Assembly: GCF_001457595.1 (NCBI RefSeq)
Contig: NZ_LN831039.1
Coordinates: forward strand, 3,450,001 to 3,482,000
Source of the DNA: Mycolicibacterium smegmatis
GTDB lineage: Bacteria > Actinomycetota > Actinomycetes > Mycobacteriales > Mycobacteriaceae
Length of the DNA stretch: 32,000 bases
Direction of reading: 5' to 3'
The translations under genes and the position numbers were made by a program. Each line of letters starts with the position of its first letter. Positions within the stretch are counted from its first letter, which is position 1. Shown piece after piece: positions 1-9,662 of this stretch. The notes below the pieces were generated by a model that was given only the letters and a program-made list of their open reading frames with translations, was not told where the DNA came from and ran no database searches.

Positions 1-1
1 G

Positions 2-1060
2 CGGCCGTCGCCGCTGATCCGGGCGCGGCGGTTCGAAAAGGCGCTCAACACCGGGGCCCACATCTACGTCAAGTACGAGGGTGTCAGCCCGGTGGGTAGC
101 CACAAGACGAATTCTGCTGTCGCGCAGGCCTATTACAACAGCGTGGACGGGGTCCGCAAGCTCACCACCGAGACCGGTGCCGGCCAGTGGGGCAGTGCGC
201 TGGCGTTCGCCGGGGCGCAGTTCGGCCTGGAGATCGAGGTGTGGCAGGTGCGCGCGTCGTACGAGTCGAAGCCGTACCGCGGCCACCTCATCCGGACCTA
301 CGGCGGTGTTGTCCATTCCAGCCCGTCGGAACTGACCGAATCGGGCCGCGCGATCTTGGCGAAGGATCCGAACACGACCGGCAGCCTCGGTATGGCGGTC
401 AGTGAGGCCGTCGAGGTCGCCGCCGGGGATCCGGACACCCGTTACGCCCTCGGCAGTGTGCTCAACCATGTTGTGCTGCACCAGAGTGTCATCGGCCAGG
501 AGGCCGTCGCGCAGTTGGCCGCAGTCGAACCGAACGGCGCAGACCTCGTGTTCGGTTGCGCGGGAGGAGGTTCCAACCTCGCCGGGTTGGCTTTCCCGTT
601 CCTGCGTGAGAAGATCCACGGTCGTTCCGACCCGAAGGTGATCGCGGCCGAACCGGCGGCGTGCCCGTCGATCACCCAGGGGGAGTACCGCTACGACCAC
701 GGTGATGTCGCAGGTCTCACGCCACTGCTGAAAATGCACACGCTCGGAATGGATTTCGTGCCCGATCCCATCCACGCGGGCGGTCTGCGCTATCACGGGA
801 TGGCGCCCGCGCTCAGCCACACCGTCGAACTCGGCCTCGTCCAGGGCGTGGCCATCTCACAGCACGATGCGTTCTCCGCGGGTGTGCAGTTCGCGCGGAC
901 GCAGGGCATCGTGCCGGCGCCGGAGTCGACGCATGCGATCGCCGCGGCCGCGGCGCACGTGGCAGACGATCCGTCGGAGCAGGTCGTCGTGATCGGTCTA
1001 TCCGGACACGGCCAACTCGACCTGCCGGCGTACGCCGAGTATCTCGACGGGAAGTTCTGA
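2..1060 (+). CDS. TrpB-like pyridoxal-phosphate-dependent enzyme (tryptophan synthase beta-like, TrpB2 type), 5' end outside window
   Basis: Frame is open from base 2 (RPSPLIRARRFEKALNTGAHIYVKYEGVSPVGSHKTNSAVAQAYYN) into the listed ORF; SHKTNSA PLP-lysine motif, TGAGQWGSA and FGCAGGGSNLAG phosphate-binding loop are typical of TrpB. Confidence 0.9.
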   Translation, partial: RPSPLIRARRFEKALNTGAHIYVKYEGVSPVGSHKTNSAVAQAYYNSVDGVRKLTTETGAGQWGSALAFAGAQFGLEIEVWQVRASYESKPYRGHLIRTYGGVVHSSPSELTESGRAILAKDPNTTGSLGMAVSEAVEVAAGDPDTRYALGSVLNHVVLHQSVIGQEAVAQLAAVEPNGADLVFGCAGGGSNLAGLAFPFLREKIHGRSDPKVIAAEPAACPSITQGEYRYDHGDVAGLTPLLKMHTLGMDFVPDPIHAGGLRYHGMAPALSHTVELGLVQGVAISQHDAFSAGVQFARTQGIVPAPESTHAIAAAAAHVADDPSEQVVVIGLSGHGQLDLPAYAEYLDGKF

Positions 1061-1150
1061 AGCCGGCGTCGGTGATCTCGCGCCTCGGAACTTCGGTGTT
1101 TCGGCGCCGTCAATACGAGGTATATCGCTCAGCGTCCCCGAGCAGGAGGA

Positions 1151-1987
1151 ATGACGATGAGCGTGAGCGCCCGCCCGGTACACGGTGTCCTTGACAAAGC
1201 AACGGACAGTACAGCTTTCGAATACACGGCGCGGGCCGGTTTCGCCGCGAGTGGCGTTCTCCATCTGCTTGTCGCGTACATCATCCTGCGTCTCGCGTTC
1301 GGGTCGGGCGGTAACGCCGATCAATCGGGTGCGCTCGCGACGCTGGCCGCACAGCCCGGCGGAGCGGTGGTGCTGTGGGTGGCCGCGGCGGGTCTGGTCG
1401 CCCTCGGGCTGTGGCGCGTGGCAGAAGCGGTGATCGGATCGAAGCCGGGGGAGAGCCGCGGAGGAGGCAACAACGCGGCCTCGAATCCAGCCTGGAAGCG
1501 TGCCAAAGCGCTGGGGCTGGCGATCGTCAACTTCGCGATCGCGCTGTCGGCGGCACGTTTCGCCACGGGCGGCGGACAGTCCAGTGGCGAGCAGAACGCC
1601 GGACTGTCAGCCCAGCTGATGCAGACCGGCTGGGGCAAGCTCGTCCTCATCGCGGCCGGCCTCGGCGTGGCCGCTGTCGGCGCTTACCACATCTACAAAG
1701 GCGTGACGCAGAAGTTCTTCAAGGACCTGCGCGTGCGAGGGGGCACCGTGATCACCGCGGTCGGCGTCACCGGCTATGCGGCCAAGGGCGCCGTCCTCGC
1801 CGGTGCGGGACTGCTGGTGATCGTTGCGACACTGCGAGCCGACCCGGCCAAGGCGGCGGGACTCGACGCTGCGGTCAAGACTCTCGGCGAGGCGCCCTTC
1901 GGCAAGTTCCTGCTCGTGGCGGCCGCACTGGGGATCGCGGCTTTCGGACTGTACAACTTCGTTCGCAGCCGCCACGGCCGGATGTGA
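1151..1987 (+). CDS. DUF1206 domain-containing membrane protein
   Basis: 278-aa ORF with three internally similar two-helix units (VLHLLVAYIILRLAFG..., GWGKLVLIAAGLGVAAVGAYHIYKG..., PFGKFLLVAAALGIAAFGLYNFVRSR) characteristic of DUF1206. Confidence 0.85.
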   Translation: MTMSVSARPVHGVLDKATDSTAFEYTARAGFAASGVLHLLVAYIILRLAFGSGGNADQSGALATLAAQPGGAVVLWVAAAGLVALGLWRVAEAVIGSKPGESRGGGNNAASNPAWKRAKALGLAIVNFAIALSAARFATGGGQSSGEQNAGLSAQLMQTGWGKLVLIAAGLGVAAVGAYHIYKGVTQKFFKDLRVRGGTVITAVGVTGYAAKGAVLAGAGLLVIVATLRADPAKAAGLDAAVKTLGEAPFGKFLLVAAALGIAAFGLYNFVRSRHGRM

Positions 1988-1988
1988 C

Positions 1989-2216
1989 CTACCCGGTGTT
2001 GGCCCCCTGCAGCTTGGCCAGGAACTCATGGCATCGCTTGGCACGGTCGGCATCCTCTGCCATGACATGTTCGAAGAAGGATGCGACATCGTCGAGGCCG
2101 GCGTTCTTGGCGTCGCGGACGTACTGCCCATAATCGTGACCGGCTTTGAGTGAGTGGTACTGCACCGAGATCAGGTCGAAAGTGACGTCGCTGAACCCAG
2201 TTTGTCCCGCAGGCAT
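1989..2216 (-). CDS. small conserved actinobacterial protein (75 aa), unknown function
   Basis: MPAGQTGFSDVTFDLISVQYHSLKAGHDYGQYVRDAKNAGLDDVASFFEHVMAEDADRAKRCHEFLAKLQGANTG has natural-protein composition; it sits at the 3' end of a longer minus-strand ORF (1989..2816) whose upstream part is antisense to the hemerythrin gene. Confidence 0.7.
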   Translation of the reverse strand: MPAGQTGFSDVTFDLISVQYHSLKAGHDYGQYVRDAKNAGLDDVASFFEHVMAEDADRAKRCHEFLAKLQGANTG

Positions 2217-2339
2217 GATTCCTCCGATTCGTCGATGAATGTCTTGTTGTGTCGCCGTACCCGGTGATGCCGTGGTCAAACCAGTGCGTTTCGGACCGCG
2301 GTCGCCGGGTACGCGCATCGGTGTACCAAGGAGGCAGTC

Positions 2340-2897
2340 ATGGCTGGTAGCAGAGGCAACATCATCGACGACATCATCGCCGACCACCGCGAATTCGAAT
2401 CTGTATTCGTCGAGATCGAATCCTCCGATGATCCGCGAACACAACCGGAACTGGTCGAACACGTGATTTCTGGCATCGTGCGGCATGCCGTGGCTGAAGA
2501 GCAGTACGTTTATCCCGCAGCACGCAGCGTTCTTCCCGACGGCGATGAGGTCGCCGACCACGAGCTCGAGGAGCACGCCGAGGCCGAAGAGGTCATGAAA
2601 GCCATCGAGAAGACAGATCCTGAAGATTCGCGTTACGGGGAGCTGGTTCGTCGGCTGATCGACGACATCCGGCATCACATCGAGGAAGAAGAGAGCGGGA
2701 TGCTGTCGAAACTTCGCGATGCCTGCCCGCCCGAGCGGCTGCACGAGTTGAGTGAAGAGTTTCAGCGTGCCAAGAGTCTCGCGCCCACCCGGCCGCATCC
2801 TCTGGCGCCCGACCATCCGCCGGCCAACAAGATCCTCGGGCCGGGCGCCGGCCTGGTGGATCGTCTGCGCGACATCCTCAGCGGCCGCAACAGCTGA
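2340..2897 (+). CDS. hemerythrin HHE domain-containing protein
   Basis: DIIADHREFESVF..., RHAVAEEQYVYPAA, ELEEHAEAEEVM, HHIEEEESGMLSKLR: spaced H/E residues of HHE cation-binding domains. Confidence 0.9.
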   Translation: MAGSRGNIIDDIIADHREFESVFVEIESSDDPRTQPELVEHVISGIVRHAVAEEQYVYPAARSVLPDGDEVADHELEEHAEAEEVMKAIEKTDPEDSRYGELVRRLIDDIRHHIEEEESGMLSKLRDACPPERLHELSEEFQRAKSLAPTRPHPLAPDHPPANKILGPGAGLVDRLRDILSGRNS

Positions 2898-2909
2898 CCT
2901 TTGGTCTGA

Positions 2910-4103
2910 TCAAAAATTCTGACGCGCAACCCAATTCGCTAGTCCCGCCGGACTGGTGACGTCGTCGAGCGCCATCGCGACAGCACCGTGCAGCGGGCCC
3001 TCTTCACCGTGCTCGGCGTCGAGGACCGGCGGGGGTGAGTCACGGCGGAAGTTCATCAGGCCGTCACGGTACGCGGTGTCGAAGGCGTGCGCAGCGGCCG
3101 CGCGCAGCGGCGCGCCGACGCCGCCCAGCGTCACCACCTCGGGATCGTGGAGGTTCACCAGTCCGCCGATGCCACGACCCAGCGATACCGCGACCGCCTC
3201 GAGCGCGCGTTGTGTCACCGCGTCACGGTGGCCGGAGAGGATCCGGTGGACGTACTCGACCGGATCCTGCGGTTCTGCGTCGCCGCGGTGACGGGCCAGT
3301 GCGCGGCCGTCGACGGTGGGATCCCAGCATCCGCGCGCACCACAGAGACAGGTCAGCGCGGGATCCCCGAACGGGATGTGGCCGTACTCGCCCGCCGCTC
3401 CGTGCGTGCCGGATACGGGTTCACGGTCGACGACGAGTGCGCCGCCGATACCCGTGGCGACGATCAGATGCAGCGAGGTGCCGGCCGACCTGGCGGCGCC
3501 GGAGCGAGCCTCGGCCAATCCCGCCAGGGTCGCGTCGTTGCACAGCAGCACCGGCAGGGCCGCGCGGCGGGGGAGCTTGCTCGTCAGCACCGACAGATCC
3601 ACGTCTCGGCGACTGTGCGGCGTGAACTGCACCAGTCTTCCGTCACTGACGGTGCCCGCGACAGATACCCCCAAAGCGCTGACCTGCTTTGCCTTTCGCC
3701 GGTACGCGGAGCCGATCGCGTCGGCCAGGTCGCCCAACGCGGTGTCCAATCCGGCATCGTCGTAGGCGCCCTCGGCCACGATGCGCGGACTCTCGTCGAG
3801 CGCGGCCACCGCAAGCCTCCAGCCGGTGGCACGCAGGTCTGCGGCCAGTATCAGAGGCCCCTCGTGGTGTGGACGCAGTACCGTCGTCGGCCTGCCCCGG
3901 CCCTGGGCGGGTGCCGGGGTCTCGTCGAGCAACCGGGCCTGCCGCAGCCGCGCGACCAGATCGGTCGCGCTTCCGCTGCTGATGCCGAGGCGGTTGGCTG
4001 CGGCGGCGCGGGTGATGCCCGGCGCCGAACGCACCGTGTCCAGGAGTTGCGCGGCACCCAGCCATCGCAGCTGTGCGGGGCTCCGGGGTTCGTCGGACAT
4101 CAC
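2910..4103 (-). CDS. ROK family transcriptional regulator / sugar kinase
   Basis: N-terminal HTH (GITRAAAANRLGISSGSATDLVARLRQARLL), ROK signature (VATGIGGALVVDREPVSGTHGAAGEYGHIPFG) and CLCGARGCWD zinc motif. Confidence 0.92.
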   Translation of the reverse strand: MMSDEPRSPAQLRWLGAAQLLDTVRSAPGITRAAAANRLGISSGSATDLVARLRQARLLDETPAPAQGRGRPTTVLRPHHEGPLILAADLRATGWRLAVAALDESPRIVAEGAYDDAGLDTALGDLADAIGSAYRRKAKQVSALGVSVAGTVSDGRLVQFTPHSRRDVDLSVLTSKLPRRAALPVLLCNDATLAGLAEARSGAARSAGTSLHLIVATGIGGALVVDREPVSGTHGAAGEYGHIPFGDPALTCLCGARGCWDPTVDGRALARHRGDAEPQDPVEYVHRILSGHRDAVTQRALEAVAVSLGRGIGGLVNLHDPEVVTLGGVGAPLRAAAAHAFDTAYRDGLMNFRRDSPPPVLDAEHGEEGPLHGAVAMALDDVTSPAGLANWVARQNF

Positions 4104-4130
4104 GGAAAGTATTGCATTGATTAAACTCGG

Positions 4131-5324
4131 GTGACGAGTATATTCGCGGTGGTGCCCCTCACCGCTTCGCGCACCGGCGGCTTGCGCTCGAGCCTGCCAG
4201 CTCTTCTCACCCTGGCTGCGGCCTCGGCACTTGCGGTGACGACCGAGATGCTGCCGATCGGCCTGCTTCCCCAGATCGCCGGCGCGTTCGGGGTCTCAGC
4301 CTCGGTCAGCGGGTTGCTGGTGGGCCTCTACGCCGTGATGGTCGCGGCATTGGCGGTCCCGTTGACAGTGGCCACGTCGCGGTTCGCGCGCAAGCCGCTG
4401 CTCATGGCCACGGTGGCCGGCTACCTGGTGAGCAATACGGTGGTCGCGGCCGCCCCGGTGTTCGCCGTGCTCGCGCTGGGCCGCGCGGTCGGCGGGATCA
4501 CGCATGCGTTGTTCTTCTCACTCGTGATCGGATACGCACCGCGACTGGTGCCCGGTGGGACCGTGGGCCGTGCGCTCGCCGTCGCCGGCAGTGGTGCATC
4601 GGTCGGTCTCGTGGTGGGTACGCCGGTGCTGACGACGCTGGGCGCTGCAGCCGGCTGGCGTGCACCGTTTGTGGTGTTGGCTGCACTGGCGGTGTGCACG
4701 CTCGTGGTGTTGAGCAGGATTCTGCCTGCGGTGCACCACGATCCGGATGGTCGGTCACCACAGACCGGAAGACGAGGACGCCTCGCGGCCGTAGCGGCCT
4801 CGAACACGCTGGTGTTTCTGGGCCATTTCACGGTGTACACATTCATCAGCGTCGTCTTGCTGTCCAACGGTGCCCCTCCTGCGCTGGTGGGGCCGACCCT
4901 GTTGATCTGCGGTGCCTGTGGGCTGCTGGGGCTCTGGTATGCCGGGCGTGGGCTGGATCGAAACCCGCGACGGACGACGCTCGCCTTGCTCGGGGCCGTC
5001 ATGCTCGCGGTGGCGGCACTGGCCGTGCCGTGGCCTGCGCTGTGGACGGTGTTGGTGGTGATCGCGTTGTGGAGCACCGCTTTCGGCGGCGTGCCGTCGA
5101 TCTATCAATCGTGCGCGGTGCGCACCCATGAGGTTTCACCGGAGCGTGCGGGCGCATGGATCAACGCGACAGCCAACGTCGGCATCGCGGGCGGATCAGC
5201 GATCGGGGCCGGGTTGCTCGAGACCGTGGGAGTGTGGTCGCTGCCATGTGCGGGTGCCGTGCTCATCGGACTCGGGTTGTCGGTGGCGCTGGTGTGTCGT
5301 CGTGCCTTTCCGGTCGAGCCCTGA
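4131..5324 (+). CDS. MFS transporter (DHA1/sugar- or drug-efflux type)
   Basis: Hydrophobic 397-aa ORF with TEMLPIGLLPQIAGAFGVSASVSGLLVGLYAVMVA and RKPLLMATVAGYLVSNTVVAAAP; divergent from the ROK regulator. Confidence 0.9.
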   Translation: MTSIFAVVPLTASRTGGLRSSLPALLTLAAASALAVTTEMLPIGLLPQIAGAFGVSASVSGLLVGLYAVMVAALAVPLTVATSRFARKPLLMATVAGYLVSNTVVAAAPVFAVLALGRAVGGITHALFFSLVIGYAPRLVPGGTVGRALAVAGSGASVGLVVGTPVLTTLGAAAGWRAPFVVLAALAVCTLVVLSRILPAVHHDPDGRSPQTGRRGRLAAVAASNTLVFLGHFTVYTFISVVLLSNGAPPALVGPTLLICGACGLLGLWYAGRGLDRNPRRTTLALLGAVMLAVAALAVPWPALWTVLVVIALWSTAFGGVPSIYQSCAVRTHEVSPERAGAWINATANVGIAGGSAIGAGLLETVGVWSLPCAGAVLIGLGLSVALVCRRAFPVEP

Positions 5325-5326
5325 AC

Positions 5327-5665
5327 TCACGGGAACACGATCGGCGGAATGGCCGACGGCAGAGGAACGGGCGGAATGTCCGAGGGCAATTGCATCTTCG
5401 GCACGTCGGCCGGCGCCTGAACCCGGGGGATGTCGTTGGGCATCTCGACCGCCGGCACCGCGTCCGGTAGCGGCACCACCGGGATGGCGTCGGGCAGAGG
5501 GAACGGCGGAATGTTGGGCGGGACGGGCAGGGTCGTCACCGGATTCTCCGGCGTGGCGGACCGATCACCGTCAGGGGCGCAACCGGCGCCCGATATGAGC
5601 ACACCGACCACCAGCGTCACCCGCGCCGCAGCGGCGCAGGTGCTTCGCTGCATTGCGATCGGCAT
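5327..5665 (-). CDS. putative secreted proline-rich repeat lipoprotein
   Basis: Signal peptide with lipobox (VLISGAGC) followed by about seven 9-residue P-rich repeats (LPDAIPVVP, LPDAVPAVE, MPNDIPRVQ, ...). Confidence 0.6.
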   Translation of the reverse strand: MPIAMQRSTCAAAARVTLVVGVLISGAGCAPDGDRSATPENPVTTLPVPPNIPPFPLPDAIPVVPLPDAVPAVEMPNDIPRVQAPADVPKMQLPSDIPPVPLPSAIPPIVFP

Positions 5666-5919
5666 ACCGTCAACCTCCCGGCTGTATATACGGCGACGCT
5701 ACCACCGCCAATACGGACATTGCAGCATCGGACCAACCACGTCGTCCAACTCTTCTGGGCCACAACGTTTTCGCCTCTCCAACCGCGTTGCGCAGGGCGA
5801 AGCGGACTCGCGCGATCGAGATCGCATCGTTCGCCACGCGCGGTCGCAGAATCGCCGATAACCTTTGCGCACGGTCACGCTCCGCGGCCGGATTCCTGTC
5901 AGAAGTGAAGGTGACGTAC

Positions 5920-6927
5920 ATGTCCGATATTCGGGCCGTGGTATACGGCGTTGGCGCGATGAACTCGATCGTCGCCGGCATGCTGCTCGACAAAGGGGTG
6001 CAGATCGTCGGGGCGATCGCACGCAGCCCACAAAAGGTCGGGCAGGACCTCGGCGACCTGCTCGGTCTGGGCCGGCAACTCGGCGTCGCGGTGAGCGACG
6101 ACGCCGCGGAGGTGCTCGAGCAGACCCACCCCGACATCGCGGTGATCGCGGTCAACAGCTACCTCACCGATGCCGTCGAACAGTTGCGGATCTGCGCCGA
6201 GCACGGGGTCAACGCCGTCACGCTGTCCGAAGAGATGCTCTACCCGTGGGAGACCTCGCCCGAACTGTCCGCCGAGTTGGATGCCCTGGCCAAGTCGACC
6301 GGCGCGACCTTGACGGGGACCGGATACCAGGACACCTTCTGGGTCAACATGATCGCCCTGCTCATGGGCACCGCCCACCGGATCGACACCGTCCGCGGCA
6401 AGGCGAGTTGGAACGTCGACGACTTCGGCCCCGAACTGGCCACCGCGCAGCAGGTGGGACGGACCGTCGCCGAGTTCGACGAGTGGGTCCGCGGGGCCCA
6501 GCGGCCGCCGACCTTCGGTCGCAACGTGCTCGACGCCCTGGTCGCCGACACCGGTCTGACCGTCAAATCGATCACCACCGCCACCCGTCCGGACATCGCC
6601 TCTGCGGCAATGCGTTCCGAGGCCCTCGGTATCGACCTGGCACCAGGGGACGTGATCGGATTCACCGATATCGACCGGATCGAGACCGAAGAGGGACCGG
6701 TGTTCGAGTTCGAGATGTCGGGTCGGGTGTACGGACCCGGTGAGGGTGACATCAACGAGTGGACGATCGAGGGCGAGCCGAACCTGTTCCTGTCCAACGG
6801 AACCGTGCCGACCCAGACCACCACCTGCACCCAGATGGTGAACCGGATTCCCGACGTGATTGCCGCGCCGCCCGGCATCGTCACCGTCGACAGGCTTCCT
6901 CGACTGCGTTATCGACCCCAGTTCTGA
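5920..6927 (+). CDS. NAD(P)-binding protein, dihydrodipicolinate reductase / 2,4-diaminopentanoate dehydrogenase-like
   Basis: MSDIRAVVYGVGAMNSIVAGMLLDKGVQIVGAI Rossmann start and GTGYQDTFW; the listed ORF starts upstream (5653) but homology-like sequence begins at the ATG at 5920. Confidence 0.75.
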   Translation: MSDIRAVVYGVGAMNSIVAGMLLDKGVQIVGAIARSPQKVGQDLGDLLGLGRQLGVAVSDDAAEVLEQTHPDIAVIAVNSYLTDAVEQLRICAEHGVNAVTLSEEMLYPWETSPELSAELDALAKSTGATLTGTGYQDTFWVNMIALLMGTAHRIDTVRGKASWNVDDFGPELATAQQVGRTVAEFDEWVRGAQRPPTFGRNVLDALVADTGLTVKSITTATRPDIASAAMRSEALGIDLAPGDVIGFTDIDRIETEEGPVFEFEMSGRVYGPGEGDINEWTIEGEPNLFLSNGTVPTQTTTCTQMVNRIPDVIAAPPGIVTVDRLPRLRYRPQF

Positions 6928-8359
6928 ATGCCTGTGGAGACCTTTTGCGCCCCAGCATGATCACGGGTATTGCTGCCAGCGCGAACAGCGTACCGGCCAT
7001 GGCGACGTAGAGGTGCACCCCGCCGGCGGTGCTCACCGGGGCACCGCCGGCGGCCATGCCAAGAATCCGGGTCGCCTTGAGAACCTCACCACCGGCGAAA
7101 TTGAAGACGACAGAGCCGAGGGCGAGCATGACCGAAACGAGGCCGGCAATCGTGCCCTGGTGCTCGGGCGCCGCGAAGTCGATCGCAAGATTGTAGCCCG
7201 ATGCGCTGATCGCGCCCGCCGCCACACCGAGCATGGTGGCGCACACGATCGCCAGCGGCAGCGCCGAGACACCCAGCAGCATCGCGAATGTCGCCACCGC
7301 CCCGATGGTGATGCCGCCGAGCAGGGGCCGAGCCGGGCCGGATCCTCGCCCGGCCACCCATCCGGCGCACACACCACCGACGACGATGCCGAGATTCGGC
7401 ACGGCGAGCAGTATCGCGATGGCTTCTCCGTGACCCAGCCCGTAGCCGAGTCCGAGTTCGACGGGCACCTGGGCGACGACGCTCGTCAGTTGCAGCATGC
7501 TCCGGAAAGACCCCGCCGCCAACAGCAACGCCAGCAGCGTCAGCAGTATCGGGCGGTGTAACGCCCGGATGTCGATGAGGGGTTCGTCGACTCGCAGTGC
7601 ACACACCGCCCACCACACAAGTGCGCCTGCGCCTGCGGCCAGGAGTGCGATCATGCGCCCGTCCGACCATCCCACCGCTTGCCCCAGGCTGATATAGGCG
7701 AGCGTCGCGCCGATCCCGCCGCCGAGCAGGAGTGCCCCGAACACGTCGATCCGCGCCGCGATGCGGATCGGTGACTCCGGGACGAGGCAGCGCACGCCTA
7801 TCGCAGCAGCGGTGGCGAGCAGCGCGGCCACCACGAACACGCTCCGGTAGCCGAACGCGTCGATGACCGGTTTCATCAGGAACGGTTCGATGATCCCGAC
7901 GATCGACGGCCCAGAAGTCAGGAGACCCACGAGGACCACCGCCACCCCGGGAGCGCAGATCTGGCGCGCGAGGGTCACGGTGAGGAAGACCGCTGCCAGG
8001 GCCGCGCCCTGGAGGAACCGGCCGATGAGGAAGATCCAGAGGTTCGGTGCGGCAAGGCACACCAGCGCACCGACGCCTGCCATGACGAGCGTGCCCACGA
8101 GGATTCGGCGTTTGCCGAAAACGTCGGAGCTCTTGGCCAGAAGCGGCGCCCAGATCGCTCCTGCCAGCATTGCACTGGCATTGAGCCACGCGGCCTGATC
8201 GGTGTCGAAATGCGCCATCAGCTGCGGCATGACCATCAGCGGCGACCCGATGACGATGTCGACGAGCACGTTGGCGAGGATGAGAACGGCAGCCCAGATG
8301 AGCAGACGCGTACTCCAGCGGTTCTCTCGCGCCGCGGAACTGTCCGCTGTGACGGTCAC
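6881..8359 (-). CDS. MFS transporter, DHA2 (EmrB/QacA-like) family
   Basis: 492-aa hydrophobic ORF: VIGSPLMVMPQLMAHFDTDQAAWLNASAMLAGAIWAPLLAKSSDVFGKRRILVGTLVMAGVGALVCLAAPNLWIFLIGRFLQG. Confidence 0.9.
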   Translation of the reverse strand: MTVTADSSAARENRWSTRLLIWAAVLILANVLVDIVIGSPLMVMPQLMAHFDTDQAAWLNASAMLAGAIWAPLLAKSSDVFGKRRILVGTLVMAGVGALVCLAAPNLWIFLIGRFLQGAALAAVFLTVTLARQICAPGVAVVLVGLLTSGPSIVGIIEPFLMKPVIDAFGYRSVFVVAALLATAAAIGVRCLVPESPIRIAARIDVFGALLLGGGIGATLAYISLGQAVGWSDGRMIALLAAGAGALVWWAVCALRVDEPLIDIRALHRPILLTLLALLLAAGSFRSMLQLTSVVAQVPVELGLGYGLGHGEAIAILLAVPNLGIVVGGVCAGWVAGRGSGPARPLLGGITIGAVATFAMLLGVSALPLAIVCATMLGVAAGAISASGYNLAIDFAAPEHQGTIAGLVSVMLALGSVVFNFAGGEVLKATRILGMAAGGAPVSTAGGVHLYVAMAGTLFALAAIPVIMLGRKRSPQAFRTGVDNAVEEACRR

Positions 8360-9582
8360 GTCTGCCGACTGGGGCTGCGTCGAAGATCGTTGTCAGGCAG
8401 GGACAGATCCGTGGTGGCCTCCCGACGCTCGGTGCGCAGCAATCGGTCGAGTCCGACTCGGTGCAGCCAGGGCGTCATCGCGACCACGATGTTGCGGCGC
8501 AGGAGTTGTCCGCGGGTGCGTGACAGCACGGTTCCATCGGTGCGCAACGCCAGATTCTGGTTCCTCACCACGAAATGGCGCATGCGGTGTTCGTAGGCAC
8601 TGAAGGCCTTCTCCGGTTGGTCATGTCGAACCAGTTCGCTGGCCAGCACGTAGGCACCGGCGACCGCTAGGCTGGTGCCCTGTCCGGACAGGAACGCCGG
8701 GGCGTACGCGGCGTCGCCGACCAGTCCGATCCGGCCGGTGCTCCAGCGATTCAACCGGACCTGACTCGCGGTGTCGAAGAATACATCGTCGGCGTCGAGC
8801 AGTGTGTCGATGATTTCGGCGGTGCGCCAACGATCCTCGGCGAAGGCGCGTCGCAGCTCGGCGGCAACCTCGGAGATGTCATGTCGATTCACGCTGCCCG
8901 GAGAGGGGTGGACGAACGTCAGGAACGCACGGGTGGCGGCACTGTCGAAGGTGCGTTCGATCCCTACCGTTCGGCCGGGGTGGGAGTACATGTAACCGGT
9001 TCCGGGAGCGATCATCTCGGTCGGGATGTCCCAGATGGCCACATAGGGGCCGAGGTGGCGGAGGTATTGATTCTCCGCGCCGAAAGACAGTGCCCGGACG
9101 TTCGAGTGGATCCCGTCGGCTCCGATCACGACGTCGAAAGTCTGGGGATCACGATGGCCGAACGTGACGTCGACACCAGCGTCGGTGGGGGACAGGCCAG
9201 TGATGGTGTCCCCGAACACGTAATCGGCACGACCGGCACTGGCTTCGAAGAAGATTCGAGTGAGCGCGCCCCGGGTGATCTCGATATCTCCGGCATCTGG
9301 GTCGTTGAGCACTTCACCCATGTCAAGCCGCGCGAGCCGGCGCCCGCCGGGGGTGAGGAAATCCATGAGCGGGTGCTGGTAACGGTTGGCGGTGATCTGC
9401 TGGAGAAGACCCATCCGATCAACGGCTTCGACCGCGGCGCCGCGAATGTCGATGGGGTATCCGCTGGAGCGGAGTTGTTTCGCGCGCTCGATGACAGTGA
9501 CCTCCCATCCGGCTTCCGTGAGCCAGAAGGCGAGGGCGGGTCCGGCGATGCCGGCGCCGCTGATCAAGGCGCTGCGCGTCAT
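8356..9582 (-). CDS. FAD-dependent monooxygenase (PHBH/TetX-like aromatic or drug hydroxylase)
   Basis: GAGIAGPALAFWLTEAGWEVTVIERA dinucleotide-binding motif, VIGADGIHSNVR, GRIGLVGDAAYAP; 4-nt ATGA-type overlap with the downstream MFS gene. Confidence 0.92.
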   Translation of the reverse strand: MTRSALISGAGIAGPALAFWLTEAGWEVTVIERAKQLRSSGYPIDIRGAAVEAVDRMGLLQQITANRYQHPLMDFLTPGGRRLARLDMGEVLNDPDAGDIEITRGALTRIFFEASAGRADYVFGDTITGLSPTDAGVDVTFGHRDPQTFDVVIGADGIHSNVRALSFGAENQYLRHLGPYVAIWDIPTEMIAPGTGYMYSHPGRTVGIERTFDSAATRAFLTFVHPSPGSVNRHDISEVAAELRRAFAEDRWRTAEIIDTLLDADDVFFDTASQVRLNRWSTGRIGLVGDAAYAPAFLSGQGTSLAVAGAYVLASELVRHDQPEKAFSAYEHRMRHFVVRNQNLALRTDGTVLSRTRGQLLRRNIVVAMTPWLHRVGLDRLLRTERREATTDLSLPDNDLRRSPSRQT

Positions 9583-9662
9583 GAGTCTCCCAATTCCGTT
9601 GAGCAGGTTGACGTGACCACCGCGGAGATGAATCGGCGGTTCACCGGAAGGACAGAATTAGC

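Noticed and set aside
3087-4124. 345-aa plus-strand ORF opposite the ROK regulator
   Set aside because: Antisense shadow ORF of a high-GC gene; no recognisable motifs, while the minus strand encodes a clear ROK protein.
5865-6743. 292-aa plus-strand ORF (MRTVTLRGRIPVRSEG...)
   Set aside because: Out-of-frame shadow of the 5920..6927 gene, rich in R/G/P with no domain.
7086-8189. 367-aa minus-strand ORF
   Set aside because: Alternative frame of the DHA2 MFS gene; arginine-rich composition typical of frame-shadow ORFs.
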